Source of the DNA: Candidatus Buchananbacteria bacterium CG10_big_fil_rev_8_21_14_0_10_33_19
GTDB taxonomy: Bacteria; Patescibacteriota; Patescibacteriia; 2-01-FULL-39-33
Assembly: GCA_002773855.1 (NCBI GenBank)
Contig: PEZY01000012.1
Span: 367,847-431,846 of the forward strand
Reading direction: 5' to 3'
Length of the DNA: 64,000 nucleotides
Within the stretch, counting starts at the first letter, position 1. Every line of letters starts with the position of its first letter. The position numbers and the translations under genes are program-made. Of this stretch, positions 48,383 through 58,343 are shown piece by piece. Under the pieces are notes generated by a model. It did no database searches, was not told the origin of the DNA, and worked only from the letters and a program-made list of their open reading frames with translations.

Positions 48383-50224
48383 TTATTTCTCCACCACATC
48401 CAACATACTCTCAATATCTTTTTTAATCGTCTGAGGCGTAATCTTATATTTTTTATTGTAAGCCAATTGTAATTTCCTTCTTCTTTCTACTTCTTCAATC
48501 GCCCGCTTCATTGAACCGGTTTTTTTATCAGCATATAAAATCACTTTACCATCCACATTTCTCGCCGCTCGACCCATGGTCTGAATAAGCGCTTCCTCGC
48601 TTCGCAAGAAACCTTCTCGGTCAGCATCCATAATCGCCACCAGTGTTACCTCTGGTAAATCTAAGCCCTCGCGCAGTAGATTAACCCCCACCAAAATATC
48701 AAACTGACCCTCTCTAAACTCTTGCAAAATCTCGGTGCGTCTAAAAGTTTTGACATCACTATGCATATAGGCCGCTTTAAAGCCATTTTTCTGTAAATAA
48801 GCATCCAAATCTTCAGCCATTTTCTTGGTCAAGGTGTTAACAATCGCTCGTTCGCCTTTTTTAATTACTAATTTTAATTCTTCAATCAAATCGTCTACTT
48901 GGCTAATATTTTTCTTTTTATCAAACACTTGTCTAATTTCTATCGGTGGATCCACTAAGCCAGTTGGTCTAATCACTTGCTCGGCAATCGTCTTTGAATG
49001 TTTTATCTCCCAATCCCCTGGTGTCGCTGAAGTAAAAACCGTTTGACCAATACGTTCTAAAAATTCATCAAATTTTAATGGTCGATTGTCGAGGGCACTT
49101 GGTAATCGCCAGCCGTACTTAATTAAATTTTCTTTTCTGGCTTTATCGCCAGCATACATACCTCTGACCTGTGGTAAACCAATATGCGACTCATCCATCA
49201 CTAATAAAAAGTCTGGTTGGCCATTTTTATCCTTCGGGAAATAAGATAACAACGAATCTGGCGCCTCGCCAGATAATTTACCGGTCAAATGCCGAGAATA
49301 ATTTTCAATCCCATGACAATACCCCAAACTCCTTAACATTTCCATATCGTATTTAGTTCGACGTTCTAATCTTTCGGCTTCCAAATATAAATTATTTTTG
49401 TTATAAAATTTTAAACGATCTTTTAACTCCACTTTAATATCAGTAATAGCTCTCTCTATTTCTGGTTTAGTGGAAATAAAATGCTTGGGTGGAAAAATAA
49501 TGATATCTTTTAAACCCTCTATAATATGCCGAGTGGTTTTATCAACAATACCAATATCACTAATTTTTTGATCAGCTAATTCTAACCGATAGATTACATC
49601 CTCACCGGCTGGCCGAATTTCAAAGACATCGCCTCTTACCCGAAATGATCCCCTTACCAATTCACCAGTAGTTCTAGTAAATTGAATTTTAACTAACTGA
49701 GAAATTAAATCATGGCGAACAATATTTTGATCAATTTCTAAATGAAGTGATGACTGAGTATAGCTAACTGGTAAACCCAAATTATAAATACAGGACACGC
49801 TGGCTACAATGATGACATCACGCCTAGTCGCTAGAGCACTAGTCGCTTGATGACGCAATCTGTCTATTTCTTCGTTGATCATCGCTTCCTTTTCAATATA
49901 AGTATCACTAGTTGGCATATAAGCCTCTGGCTGATAATAATCATAATAAGATACAAAAAAATTAACACTGTTATCCGGAAAGAAATTTTTATACTCACGA
50001 TAAAGCTGAGCGGCCAAAGATTTATTTGGTGCCATTACCAAAACTGGCCGATTAAAATCAGTTATCAAATTAGCGGCCGTAAAGGTTTTACCAGAGCCCG
50101 TCACTCCTAGTAAGGTTTGAAAATCATTACCTATCTTAAGACTCTTAATTAGAGACCTAATCGCTTGGGGCTGATCACCAGTTGGCTGAAATTTTGATTT
50201 TAACTTAAATATTTTATCTGTCAT
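48383..50224 (-). CDS. uvrB: Excinuclease ABC subunit B, short form (no C-terminal UVR domain)
   Basis: Helicase motifs (GVTGSGKTF, DESH, QTMGRAARN), beta-hairpin region; 613 aa, ends before the UvrC-interacting coiled-coil (no …LEFEEAA..RD… motif). Confidence 0.85.
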   Translation of the reverse strand: MTDKIFKLKSKFQPTGDQPQAIRSLIKSLKIGNDFQTLLGVTGSGKTFTAANLITDFNRPVLVMAPNKSLAAQLYREYKNFFPDNSVNFFVSYYDYYQPEAYMPTSDTYIEKEAMINEEIDRLRHQATSALATRRDVIIVASVSCIYNLGLPVSYTQSSLHLEIDQNIVRHDLISQLVKIQFTRTTGELVRGSFRVRGDVFEIRPAGEDVIYRLELADQKISDIGIVDKTTRHIIEGLKDIIIFPPKHFISTKPEIERAITDIKVELKDRLKFYNKNNLYLEAERLERRTKYDMEMLRSLGYCHGIENYSRHLTGKLSGEAPDSLLSYFPKDKNGQPDFLLVMDESHIGLPQVRGMYAGDKARKENLIKYGWRLPSALDNRPLKFDEFLERIGQTVFTSATPGDWEIKHSKTIAEQVIRPTGLVDPPIEIRQVFDKKKNISQVDDLIEELKLVIKKGERAIVNTLTKKMAEDLDAYLQKNGFKAAYMHSDVKTFRRTEILQEFREGQFDILVGVNLLREGLDLPEVTLVAIMDADREGFLRSEEALIQTMGRAARNVDGKVILYADKKTGSMKRAIEEVERRRKLQLAYNKKYKITPQTIKKDIESMLDVVEK

Positions 50225-50350
50225 AATTATTATTTTTCATATACGCAAAAATGGCCGTGATTCACGACGTATAGGGGTATATTATAACAAAATTAGACTT
50301 TTAGCAAATAAAAACAGCCCTTTTGAGGGCTGTTTTAAAAATCAACTTAA

Positions 50351-50872
50351 CTATTCTACAATCAACTGACCAAACATACCATTAGCTCGATGTTGACCAA
50401 CACTACAGTAATACTCAAAAGTACCAGTTTTATCCGCTATAAACTCTACTGTTTTTGACTCCCCAGCTCTAATTTGACCAGTATTAACTCCAAATTCATC
50501 AATAATTAAATCATGAAAGCCTTCGATATTATTGAAAGTAATTTTTACTTTATCACCCTGTTTAACTTTTATTTCTTTCACAGAAAAAGCAAAGTTATCA
50601 CCTTCAACAGTAAACTCCTTAACATCACTCATCATTTCATCACCACTAACCTGACCATCCCCACCTACCATCATTTCGTCAACACCTTCACCAGATTCAT
50701 CTGATGCTGGCATGGTTAAATTAATATCATCACCATCTTGATCATTAATCTGATCACCCATCATATAATCATCACCCAAACTTTCTTTAGTCATTTTAGT
50801 ATAACCATAATAACCACCAGCTAAAACGATAATTACCAAAGCTACAATTAATAATATTTTATTAGTACCCAT
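50351..50872 (-). CDS. Membrane-anchored cupredoxin (type-1 copper protein, plastocyanin/azurin-like)
   Basis: N-terminal TM, acidic linker, C-terminal cupredoxin with H…C…H…M ligand set (FHDL; YYCSVGQHRANGM). Confidence 0.6.
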   Translation of the reverse strand: MGTNKILLIVALVIIVLAGGYYGYTKMTKESLGDDYMMGDQINDQDGDDINLTMPASDESGEGVDEMMVGGDGQVSGDEMMSDVKEFTVEGDNFAFSVKEIKVKQGDKVKITFNNIEGFHDLIIDEFGVNTGQIRAGESKTVEFIADKTGTFEYYCSVGQHRANGMFGQLIVE

Positions 50873-50886
50873 ATTTTTTTATTTAA

Positions 50887-51540
50887 TTATTTAGAATTAT
50901 TATAATATTCATTAACCTGTTCCCAGTTAATTACATTAAAAAATGCTTCAATGTATTCTGGTCGACGATTTTGATATTTTAGGTAATAAGCATGTTCCCA
51001 AACATCTAGTCCCAAAATTGGCATTTGACCACTACTAATTGGGGTGTCTTGATTGGCAGTAGTTACAATTTCTAATTGACCATTAGCTACCACTAGCCAA
51101 GCCCAACCACTACCAAAAACTTTTAAAGTGGCATCCGTAAATTGAGCTTTAAACTCAGATAAACTGCCAAATCTTTCATCGATAGCTGTAGCTATGTCGC
51201 CGGAAATCGCTACATCTTTTTTAAGTAACTGCCAAAACATCGCGTGATTTAGAGCACCACCACCATTATTTCTAACGGCTGATCTAATGCTATCTGGAAT
51301 ATCATTTAGATTTTTAAGCAAATCTTCTAATGATTTGTCTTGTAAATCTGGATGTGGCTCTAAGGCCGCATTTAACTTATCCACATAACCCACATAATGC
51401 TTATCATGGTGAATTTCCATGGTTTGTTGGTCAATAAATGGTTCCAAAGCATTGTAGTCATATGACAAGTCTTCAGCTGTATATTTCATATTTTCAATGT
51501 TATTAATTAAGCTTCTATTGTCTAGTAAATAGCTAGGCAT
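50887..51540 (-). CDS. sodA: Fe/Mn superoxide dismutase
   Basis: HHDKHY, DVWEHAYYL metal-ligand motifs; true start is probably MKYTAEDLSYDYNALEP, 17 codons in. Confidence 0.85.
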   Translation of the reverse strand: MPSYLLDNRSLINNIENMKYTAEDLSYDYNALEPFIDQQTMEIHHDKHYVGYVDKLNAALEPHPDLQDKSLEDLLKNLNDIPDSIRSAVRNNGGGALNHAMFWQLLKKDVAISGDIATAIDERFGSLSEFKAQFTDATLKVFGSGWAWLVVANGQLEIVTTANQDTPISSGQMPILGLDVWEHAYYLKYQNRRPEYIEAFFNVINWEQVNEYYNNSK

Positions 51541-51585
51541 TTATTTTTATAAATTATAATCTAACCGTTCAAGTTAATCAATACC

Positions 51586-51939
51586 TTAAGTAGCTTTAAT
51601 AAATCGCACACTAAAGGCTGGTTGATACTTGTTTTCATATTCATCAGTGATTTCCACTGTCTCCCCTTTCATTAATTGAGTTAAAGCTAGATCACCTAAA
51701 AGTTCATTATCAGTTTTAATGTCCAATTTTAAACCCTCTAGTTGCTCTAATTCATTTTTAAATTGAACTTTAACATCTTGTTCAATTTTTTTCTTTTTAT
51801 CTTTTATGGCCTCAAATTCTACCAAAATATCCTGATAATCTTTAGAAGTGGCCAAAGCATCTTTATATATCAATCTAATCTCTCGTTGTTCTTTCTTAGA
51901 ATCTTTAATACGATTAAAAACCTCTTCTAAACTAGCCAT
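51586..51939 (-). CDS. Hypothetical coiled-coil protein
   Basis: ORF with charged heptad-like N-terminal half; no recognisable motif. Confidence 0.35.
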   Translation of the reverse strand: MASLEEVFNRIKDSKKEQREIRLIYKDALATSKDYQDILVEFEAIKDKKKKIEQDVKVQFKNELEQLEGLKLDIKTDNELLGDLALTQLMKGETVEITDEYENKYQPAFSVRFIKAT

Positions 51940-52083
51940 AAAAAATTAATTTAATTTATTAAAACTATGACACTCAAGAAGTGACATAGTAGAATCAATT
52001 TTAACATAAATTTGCTAAATAAAAAATAAAAATAAAAAACCTCGAAATTACTTCGAGGAATTAACTAATTATGAATCTATATT

Positions 52084-52341
52084 TTAAGATTCAATTTCAA
52101 TTTTGACAAAAAACCATTGCCGAATACCAACGGCAAAAATTACCGTATAAACCAGACTCATTAGAAATAAGCCCCACTGCTGGTGATATAAAGTGGTAAA
52201 ATACCAGAAAGGCTGATGGAGTAGGCCAATTACGTTGCCCCATTTATTTTTAAAACAAGAAAGCAATAAAATAGTGCTTAAACCAATAATAAAAATAAGT
52301 ACCTGTGACAATATATCAAGCAGTTGCCAAGTATCCACCAC
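52084..52341 (-). CDS. Small membrane protein, hypothetical
   Basis: Two hydrophobic helices; W-rich. Confidence 0.3.
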   Translation of the reverse strand: MVDTWQLLDILSQVLIFIIGLSTILLLSCFKNKWGNVIGLLHQPFWYFTTLYHQQWGLFLMSLVYTVIFAVGIRQWFFVKIEIES

Positions 52342-52365
52342 AACCTCCTTTTGAGTAAATTATAA

Positions 52366-53079
52366 CTAGTCATTATTAATCAAAACAATCTTGGCCATAA
52401 ACTTTTGTGGTTTTACGTATTCTTCAAAATATGGATCCACTCGTTCTACTATAAATGCCAAAGCTTCTTCTGGTGTTTTATGAAGACTACCAACATCTCG
52501 TTTTAATCTTCTTTTCACCATAATATCATGGTCAGTATCGATAAAAATTGTAATAATATCACACATAACTTTTTGTAAAGCTACAATAGCAAATAAACCT
52601 TCAACAATAATTACTGAACTAGGTCCCACTAATCGCTTTTTACCCTTGAGGCGTTTACTAATTTTCTTATCGTAAGTCGGAACCTTCACCGATTTACCAG
52701 CTAATAAAAATTTCAAATCACGACGCAACTCAGCTAACAAATAAGATTGAGGCAAGTCATATATAGCTCGATATTCGGCATCAAAGGGAAAATCAGGATG
52801 ATCATAATCTTTATAATAATCATCTAAATTAAGCACTGTTGTGCTATGACTAGCATTAGTAATAGATTGAGCTAGTTTAATAGCCAATGAACTCTTGCCA
52901 GAACAGGTCCCACCAGCGATAGCTATTACCAAGCCCTCGGAATCAGTGGATTTTAGAAATATATCCACTGTTATAGTCAAATCTTTCACGCAATTATCAA
53001 CACCAATAGTCGATATTTGAACCATGCAATCATACTCCTGTTTGGTTATTATTAAGGTACAGACACTGAATAATAGCAC
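52366..53079 (-). CDS. Uridine kinase / PRK-family P-loop nucleoside kinase
   Basis: Walker A IAIAGGTCSGKSSLA, NLDDYY and lid motifs of the uridine kinase family; real start is probably MVQISTIG. Confidence 0.6.
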   Translation of the reverse strand: MLLFSVCTLIITKQEYDCMVQISTIGVDNCVKDLTITVDIFLKSTDSEGLVIAIAGGTCSGKSSLAIKLAQSITNASHSTTVLNLDDYYKDYDHPDFPFDAEYRAIYDLPQSYLLAELRRDLKFLLAGKSVKVPTYDKKISKRLKGKKRLVGPSSVIIVEGLFAIVALQKVMCDIITIFIDTDHDIMVKRRLKRDVGSLHKTPEEALAFIVERVDPYFEEYVKPQKFMAKIVLINND

Positions 53080-53161
53080 CTTTATTAAAAAATGTCAAAG
53101 CCAAGTTTTTTATTTGTTAAATTAAGATGTTATAATTAAATATTAAACAACTAATTATCCT

Positions 53162-55702
53162 ATGGATATATTTAAGTATACTCTTAAATCAGAAGCAGAA
53201 ACTATCAAAGAATTTAACTCCAGCTCAACTACTGGCTTGTCATCTAAAACCGCCAAAGAACTCCAAAAACAACACGGTAAAAATGTTTTAATAAACGGTG
53301 AACTCAGTTGGTGGAAAATATTGCTCCGTCAGTTTAAATCGGCTTTTATCTACCTATTAATTTTTGCGGCTATTATCGCTCTGGGCTTGGGCGAAATCAT
53401 TGAGGGCTTAATGATTATGTTATTTTTGCTGATTAATGCTGGTTTGGGCTTTTTTCAGGAATATCGCTCTGAAAAAACTGCCCAACTTTTAAAAAAATAT
53501 ATCATATCTTATGTTAAAATTTTACGTGATGGTAAAAAAATAATTTTAAAATCCGAAGAATTAATCCCAGGCGATATTATCTTTTTAGAAACCGGCGACA
53601 AAATACCAGCTGATGTGCGTTTTCTAAGTTTAGAAAGTTTAAGTGTTGATGAATCTATCTTAACCGGTGAAACCATACCAGTTAACAAAACCACCGCCTC
53701 ACTCAAAAAATTAGCTATCGATTATTATCAAGCCAGCAATTTGGGCTTCTCTGGCACCTCTATTATAAATGGCAAGGCTAAAGCTATTGTTATATCTTCT
53801 GGTGCCAAAACCGCTGTTGGTAAAATTGCCAAACTTTCTACCGAAACCAAAAGAATCAGTAACTTTGAAAAAGGTATTGCTAAATTTTCTAATTTTATTT
53901 TAAAATTAGTTATTTTTACTTTATTAATTGTTTTTTTAGTCAATGTTTTAATTAAAGGTGATTCGCTAAACATTGTTGAAATGATCATCTTTTCTATCGC
54001 TTTAACGGTTAGTGTTATTCCTGAAGCCCTGCCACTAGTAACAACTTTTTCCCTGTCTCGTGGGGCCATGAATTTAGCTAAGAAAAAAATTATCGTCAAA
54101 AGATTATCGGCGATAGAAGATTTGGGTAGTATCGAAGTGTTATGTACCGACAAAACTGGCACTCTCACTCAAAATAAATTATCCGTGGCCGATGTTTATA
54201 GCTCGAGCCAAAACCACGAAGCAATATTATTTTGTGCCAATTTAGCTTCGGCCTTTGATCAAGAAAAAAAACTCGAGCCATTTGACATTGCTCTTTGGGA
54301 TAAATTAACCAAAACCCAGCAAAAAGACATCTTAACCTACACCAAAATTAATGAAAATACTTTTGACCCAAAAATAAAACGTAACATTGTCTTAGTTGGT
54401 CAAAACAAAAAACATACCATCATCACTCGTGGAGCTTACGAATCAATTATGCCATTATGCCAAAACCTATCAACCAAAAATAAAAAGGATATCGAAGCCT
54501 GGATTGAAACCGAAGGCAAACTAGGCCACCGTACCATGGCTATTGCCCAAAAAGCCGACGGTAAAGCTACCACCAAATTAGACCAACAAACTAATTTTAC
54601 TTTTTTAGGTTTAATTTCTTTTGTGGATAGTATTAAGCAAAGTGCTTACCAAATTGCCAAGCAGGCCAAAATCCTAGGAGTAGATATTAAAATTATTACC
54701 GGCGACAGCAAAGATGTCGCTGGAGCCGTGGCCTACAAAATTGGCTTAACCGCTTCACCAGATGAAGTAATAACAGCCGAAGAATTAGATAAGTTAAGCC
54801 CATTAAAAAGAGTTGAAGCTCTAGAAAAATATGCTGTTTTTGCTAGAGTCTCACCCGAGCAAAAATACGCTATTATTGAAACTTTACAATTAAATCATGA
54901 GGTGGGCTTTCTTGGTGAAGGTATTAACGATGCCCCAGTCCTTAAAATTGCCGGCGTGTCCATAGTAGTTGACAGTGCTTCTGATATTGCCAAAGAAGCC
55001 GCTGATATTCTACTCCTCCAAAAAGATTTAAAAGTCATCTTAGATGGTATTTCCGAAGGTCGAAAAATATTTGCCAACACCACTAAATACATCAAAACCA
55101 CTTTAGTATCTAATTTTGGTAACTTTTTTGCGGTGGCGGCCGCCTCTTTGATGATCGATTTTTTACCGATGCTGCCTTTACAAATATTACTAGTTAACCT
55201 ACTGTCTGATTTTCCAATGATTGCTATTGCCACTGATTCAGTGGATGACAGTGAACTAAAATCTCCCAAAAAATATGAAATTAATAATATTATAATTTTC
55301 TCAATTGTCTTAGGCTTGCTAAGTATGATTTTTGATTTTATCTTCTTTGGCTTATTCTATAAAATATCACCGAGTGTTTTACAAACTAATTGGTTTATTG
55401 GTAGTATTTTAACTGAGCTGGTTCTAATATTTTCTATCCGTACTAAATCATTCTTCCCTACTAGCAAAAAACCTTCCGGCATACTATCTAGCTTAGCTGT
55501 ACTAGCAGCTGTTGTCACTCTAGCTGTTCCATTTACTTCTTGGGGCCAAGAAGTATTTAAATTTACCGCCCCATCACTTAATCATCTAGCTATAATTTTA
55601 GTCATTGTCATTGTCTATTTTATTGGTACCGAAGCCTTAAAATTATTTTTTACTTATAAATTTAAAGAGATCAATCATAAAAATAAATTAGCTACTACTT
55701 AA
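53162..55702 (+). CDS. P-type cation-transporting ATPase (type II/III; Ca2+/Mg2+-like)
   Basis: TGES-like actuator, phosphorylation motif CTDKTGTLT, hinge GEGINDAPVLK, 10 TM segments. Confidence 0.85.
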   Translation: MDIFKYTLKSEAETIKEFNSSSTTGLSSKTAKELQKQHGKNVLINGELSWWKILLRQFKSAFIYLLIFAAIIALGLGEIIEGLMIMLFLLINAGLGFFQEYRSEKTAQLLKKYIISYVKILRDGKKIILKSEELIPGDIIFLETGDKIPADVRFLSLESLSVDESILTGETIPVNKTTASLKKLAIDYYQASNLGFSGTSIINGKAKAIVISSGAKTAVGKIAKLSTETKRISNFEKGIAKFSNFILKLVIFTLLIVFLVNVLIKGDSLNIVEMIIFSIALTVSVIPEALPLVTTFSLSRGAMNLAKKKIIVKRLSAIEDLGSIEVLCTDKTGTLTQNKLSVADVYSSSQNHEAILFCANLASAFDQEKKLEPFDIALWDKLTKTQQKDILTYTKINENTFDPKIKRNIVLVGQNKKHTIITRGAYESIMPLCQNLSTKNKKDIEAWIETEGKLGHRTMAIAQKADGKATTKLDQQTNFTFLGLISFVDSIKQSAYQIAKQAKILGVDIKIITGDSKDVAGAVAYKIGLTASPDEVITAEELDKLSPLKRVEALEKYAVFARVSPEQKYAIIETLQLNHEVGFLGEGINDAPVLKIAGVSIVVDSASDIAKEAADILLLQKDLKVILDGISEGRKIFANTTKYIKTTLVSNFGNFFAVAAASLMIDFLPMLPLQILLVNLLSDFPMIAIATDSVDDSELKSPKKYEINNIIIFSIVLGLLSMIFDFIFFGLFYKISPSVLQTNWFIGSILTELVLIFSIRTKSFFPTSKKPSGILSSLAVLAAVVTLAVPFTSWGQEVFKFTAPSLNHLAIILVIVIVYFIGTEALKLFFTYKFKEINHKNKLATT

Positions 55703-55707
55703 TAAAT

Positions 55708-56217
55708 ATGCAACCAAATTTAATCGTCAAAAAATCAGGTATCGCTGGACAAGGTGTTTTTACTACCGTTAACTTTAAAGCTGGACAATTAATCACTGCG
55801 CTAATCGGCCGACGAATGTCAATGGAAGAAATGATCAAGACTGTTGATGCTGGCCTCGAAGCTGGCTCTGACCCCTTGCAAATCGGCGATGAAACTTATT
55901 TAGATTTAGAAGAATTATACAGAAGCATCAATCATTCCTGTGATCCCAACAGCTATATTAGTGGTGAAAATAAGTTAAAAGCGCTTAAAGCGATCAAACC
56001 TGGCGAAGAAATAACCTTTGACTACTCCACCACTATGAACGACAATGAGGCCAAGTTACTAGAGAGTGATAGCATCCTCTGGACGTGTAAATGTAAGTGC
56101 GGAGCCAAAAATTGTCGAAAAATCATTGATCAATTCAAAACTCTACCCCAGTGTCGTCAAAAATTTTATTTAGACAATAAACTAGCACCGGATTTTATTT
56201 TGAAAAAGTTTGGTTAA
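55708..56217 (+). CDS. SET-domain protein lysine methyltransferase (with post-SET Cys cluster)
   Basis: GQGVFT, NHSCDPN and EITFDYS SET signature motifs; C-terminal WTCKCKCGAKNC post-SET; 5 nt downstream of the ATPase. Confidence 0.7.
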   Translation: MQPNLIVKKSGIAGQGVFTTVNFKAGQLITALIGRRMSMEEMIKTVDAGLEAGSDPLQIGDETYLDLEELYRSINHSCDPNSYISGENKLKALKAIKPGEEITFDYSTTMNDNEAKLLESDSILWTCKCKCGAKNCRKIIDQFKTLPQCRQKFYLDNKLAPDFILKKFG

Positions 56218-56228
56218 AATTATCAACC

Positions 56229-56256
56229 AAAAAACCACCAAACGGTGGTTTTTTAA
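56229..56256 (+). terminator. Terminator after SET-domain gene
   Basis: aaaaccacc-aaac-ggtggtttttt. Confidence 0.7.
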
Positions 56257-56271
56257 ATTTAAATTAAGCTA

Positions 56272-57012
56272 TTATCTCAAAGTCCAGCCACCATCTACCA
56301 CAATCACCTGACCAGTTATATAACTAGCCATATCAGAGGCCAAAAATACTGTAGCACCAGCTATATCTTCTGGCTTACCCATGCGTGACAACGGAATCAT
56401 GGCAATGGTCTGTTTTACGCTATCAGGAGTGCTGGCTTTACTAGCCCCAGGAGTTTCAATCGCTCCAGGCGCCACGGCATTAACAGTAATTTTCTTAGGC
56501 GCTAATTCCAAGGCTAAAGCTCTAATTAAGCCATTAACACCACCTTTAGAAGCGCAGTAGTGTACTAATCCCTCAAAGCCCACAAAAGAAGCAATGGAGG
56601 AGATATTAATAATTTTACCACCTATTGGCATGACTTTAACTGCCGCCTGAGAGCATAGAAAAATACTTTTTAAATTAACATCTATCACTTTGTCCCAATC
56701 CGCTTCTGTCATTTTTTCAAAAGGCACAAAAGGAAAAATACCAGCATTGTTGACTAAAATATCAATCTTACCGAAAGTTTTAGCCGCTTTTTTAAACAAA
56801 TCAGCTACCGATGATTTTTTAGATACGTCGCATTTAACTGCTAATGCCTCGACTCCCAACTTCTTTAATTCTGCCACTACACTTTGGCAATTTTTTAAAT
56901 CTAAATCAGACACCACTACATTGCACTTTTCTTTAGCTAAAGCCAAAGCAATCCCCCGACCGATACCGCGTCCGGCGCCAGTAACGACAGCAGTTTTATT
57001 GTCTAATAACAT
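56272..57012 (-). CDS. Short-chain dehydrogenase/reductase (FabG-like 3-oxoacyl-ACP reductase)
   Basis: TGAGRGIGRGIA Rossmann motif, NNAG, catalytic YCASK. Confidence 0.75.
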   Translation of the reverse strand: MLLDNKTAVVTGAGRGIGRGIALALAKEKCNVVVSDLDLKNCQSVVAELKKLGVEALAVKCDVSKKSSVADLFKKAAKTFGKIDILVNNAGIFPFVPFEKMTEADWDKVIDVNLKSIFLCSQAAVKVMPIGGKIINISSIASFVGFEGLVHYCASKGGVNGLIRALALELAPKKITVNAVAPGAIETPGASKASTPDSVKQTIAMIPLSRMGKPEDIAGATVFLASDMASYITGQVIVVDGGWTLR

Positions 57013-57043
57013 ACTTTAATATATTAACTTATTTAATAAGTAA

Positions 57044-57316
57044 TTATTTCTTGCCTTTGATTTTTTGAGCACCAATAATCCCAGCAATAATGGCCGCGGC
57101 ACTGGCGACGCCAGCTACGATTTGTTTTTTAGTTTTATCGTCGGTGCTATCGTACTTCTTTTTGGCCTCCTGAGTTAGAGAGATAATCTTCTTTTTTAGC
57201 ATTTTGATATCATCAGTAATCTCTTTCTGGATTTTTTCAGATTTAGAAGCTGGTTTTTTAGTAACAGTTTTTTTAACCGCTTTTTTTACGGTTTTTTTAA
57301 TTGGAGTTTTTGGCAT
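57044..57316 (-). CDS. Small Lys-rich protein with C-terminal TM helix (hypothetical)
   Basis: KKTVKKAVKKTVTKKPASK N-terminus, IVAGVASAAAIIAGIIGA hydrophobic C-terminus. Confidence 0.35.
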   Translation of the reverse strand: MPKTPIKKTVKKAVKKTVTKKPASKSEKIQKEITDDIKMLKKKIISLTQEAKKKYDSTDDKTKKQIVAGVASAAAIIAGIIGAQKIKGKK

Positions 57317-57433
57317 GGGTTTAAGTTAAATTAATATTATAATTAGTATAACACTTTTACTGAGTTATATAAAATAGATTAATTCAACAATTAAAAAATC
57401 GCCCTCCATATTATGGAGCGCGATTGTAAATGA

Positions 57434-58030
57434 TTAGGGGTATATCCACATACCCAGACGCCGAATGGCTAATATCTCTACCCCAATGACATCCCTGTCA
57501 TTATTATTATCAATTTTTGTAAGTCTCACCTTAAAGCCACTTTTAAGAGCTATTACCTCATCAAAAACTAATTTATTTGGATAGGCCTGCCGTATTTCTT
57601 TACCAGATTTATTTATTTTCACCAATACATCAGAAAAAATCTTATACGATTTATCTTCCAAAAAAACGTCATCAAAACCATAAGCTAAGCAAATTCTTTT
57701 CTTAATTAAAAAATCATGAATAATATTAATATAGGAATTAAAAGGAATTTTATACACGTAGTCACTCAAACCTTTAATTGTATGCTTATATAAAAAATAT
57801 CTCTCTAATATAATCCACGAAATAAAAAATAATTCAGAGATAACCATCACACCAATCACCATCCAAAGACTCGGCACATGATGTCCAAGAACTGGTTCGA
57901 GAATATAAGCTTCAATTAAAATAATTATTGGCGCCAAAACAATCATAATCAGAGCCAAAACCTCTAGTATTCCTTGAGAAACATAACAATAACGATAATT
58001 AGGCAATTGATCCATAACTGGTAAATACAT
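57434..58030 (-). CDS. Membrane protein, hypothetical
   Basis: Two N-terminal TM helices; soluble C-terminal domain. Confidence 0.35.
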   Translation of the reverse strand: MYLPVMDQLPNYRYCYVSQGILEVLALIMIVLAPIIILIEAYILEPVLGHHVPSLWMVIGVMVISELFFISWIILERYFLYKHTIKGLSDYVYKIPFNSYINIIHDFLIKKRICLAYGFDDVFLEDKSYKIFSDVLVKINKSGKEIRQAYPNKLVFDEVIALKSGFKVRLTKIDNNNDRDVIGVEILAIRRLGMWIYP

Positions 58031-58120
58031 GACTAAGTTCTCCCGTTGGTTGAATTAAAAGGTACAGATACTAAAAGACTACTATAAAGACAGTGTTTTG
58101 TCAATATTAAGGTTTGAGAT

Positions 58121-58279
58121 TTATCTTGTCCAATCTCTAATTGTGATACCCTTGCCTCTTTTGGTAATAACTAGTTTTTGGCGTTCTTTGATTTTTAGTT
58201 CTTTAATGATTTCGGCTGGAATGACTATTGATAAGCTACCCTGGCCAACACGGGTAACTTTTCTGATGTATTTTTTCAT
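58121..58279 (-). CDS. AbrB/MazE (SpoVT_AbrB)-family small DNA-binding protein (52 aa; not in ORF track)
   Basis: MKKYIRKVTRVGQGSLSIVIPAEIIKELKIKERQKLVITKRGKGITIRDWTR matches the swapped-hairpin AbrB/MazE pattern (…VG.kG.vtIP.eiR..L.i..Gd.l.i…); a perfect 14-bp inverted repeat lies immediately upstream. Confidence 0.5.
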   Translation of the reverse strand: MKKYIRKVTRVGQGSLSIVIPAEIIKELKIKERQKLVITKRGKGITIRDWTR

Positions 58280-58296
58280 AAATTTGCCTGTTACCT

Positions 58297-58328
58297 AACT
58301 AGTTACGTAATGAGTTACGTAACTAGTT
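58297..58328. promoter_or_regulatory. Perfect 14-bp inverted repeat AACTAGTTACGTAA-N4-TTACGTAACTAGTT (candidate operator/terminator)
   Basis: Read directly; it sits between the DUF1697 stop and the AbrB-like start; a T-rich run follows on the plus strand. Confidence 0.6.
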
Positions 58329-58343
58329 ATTTTATTTTTTTAA

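Noticed and set aside
58098-58298. Plus-strand 66-aa ORF
   Set aside because: Low-complexity hydrophobic translation with no RBS. The opposite strand encodes a much better AbrB/MazE-like peptide.
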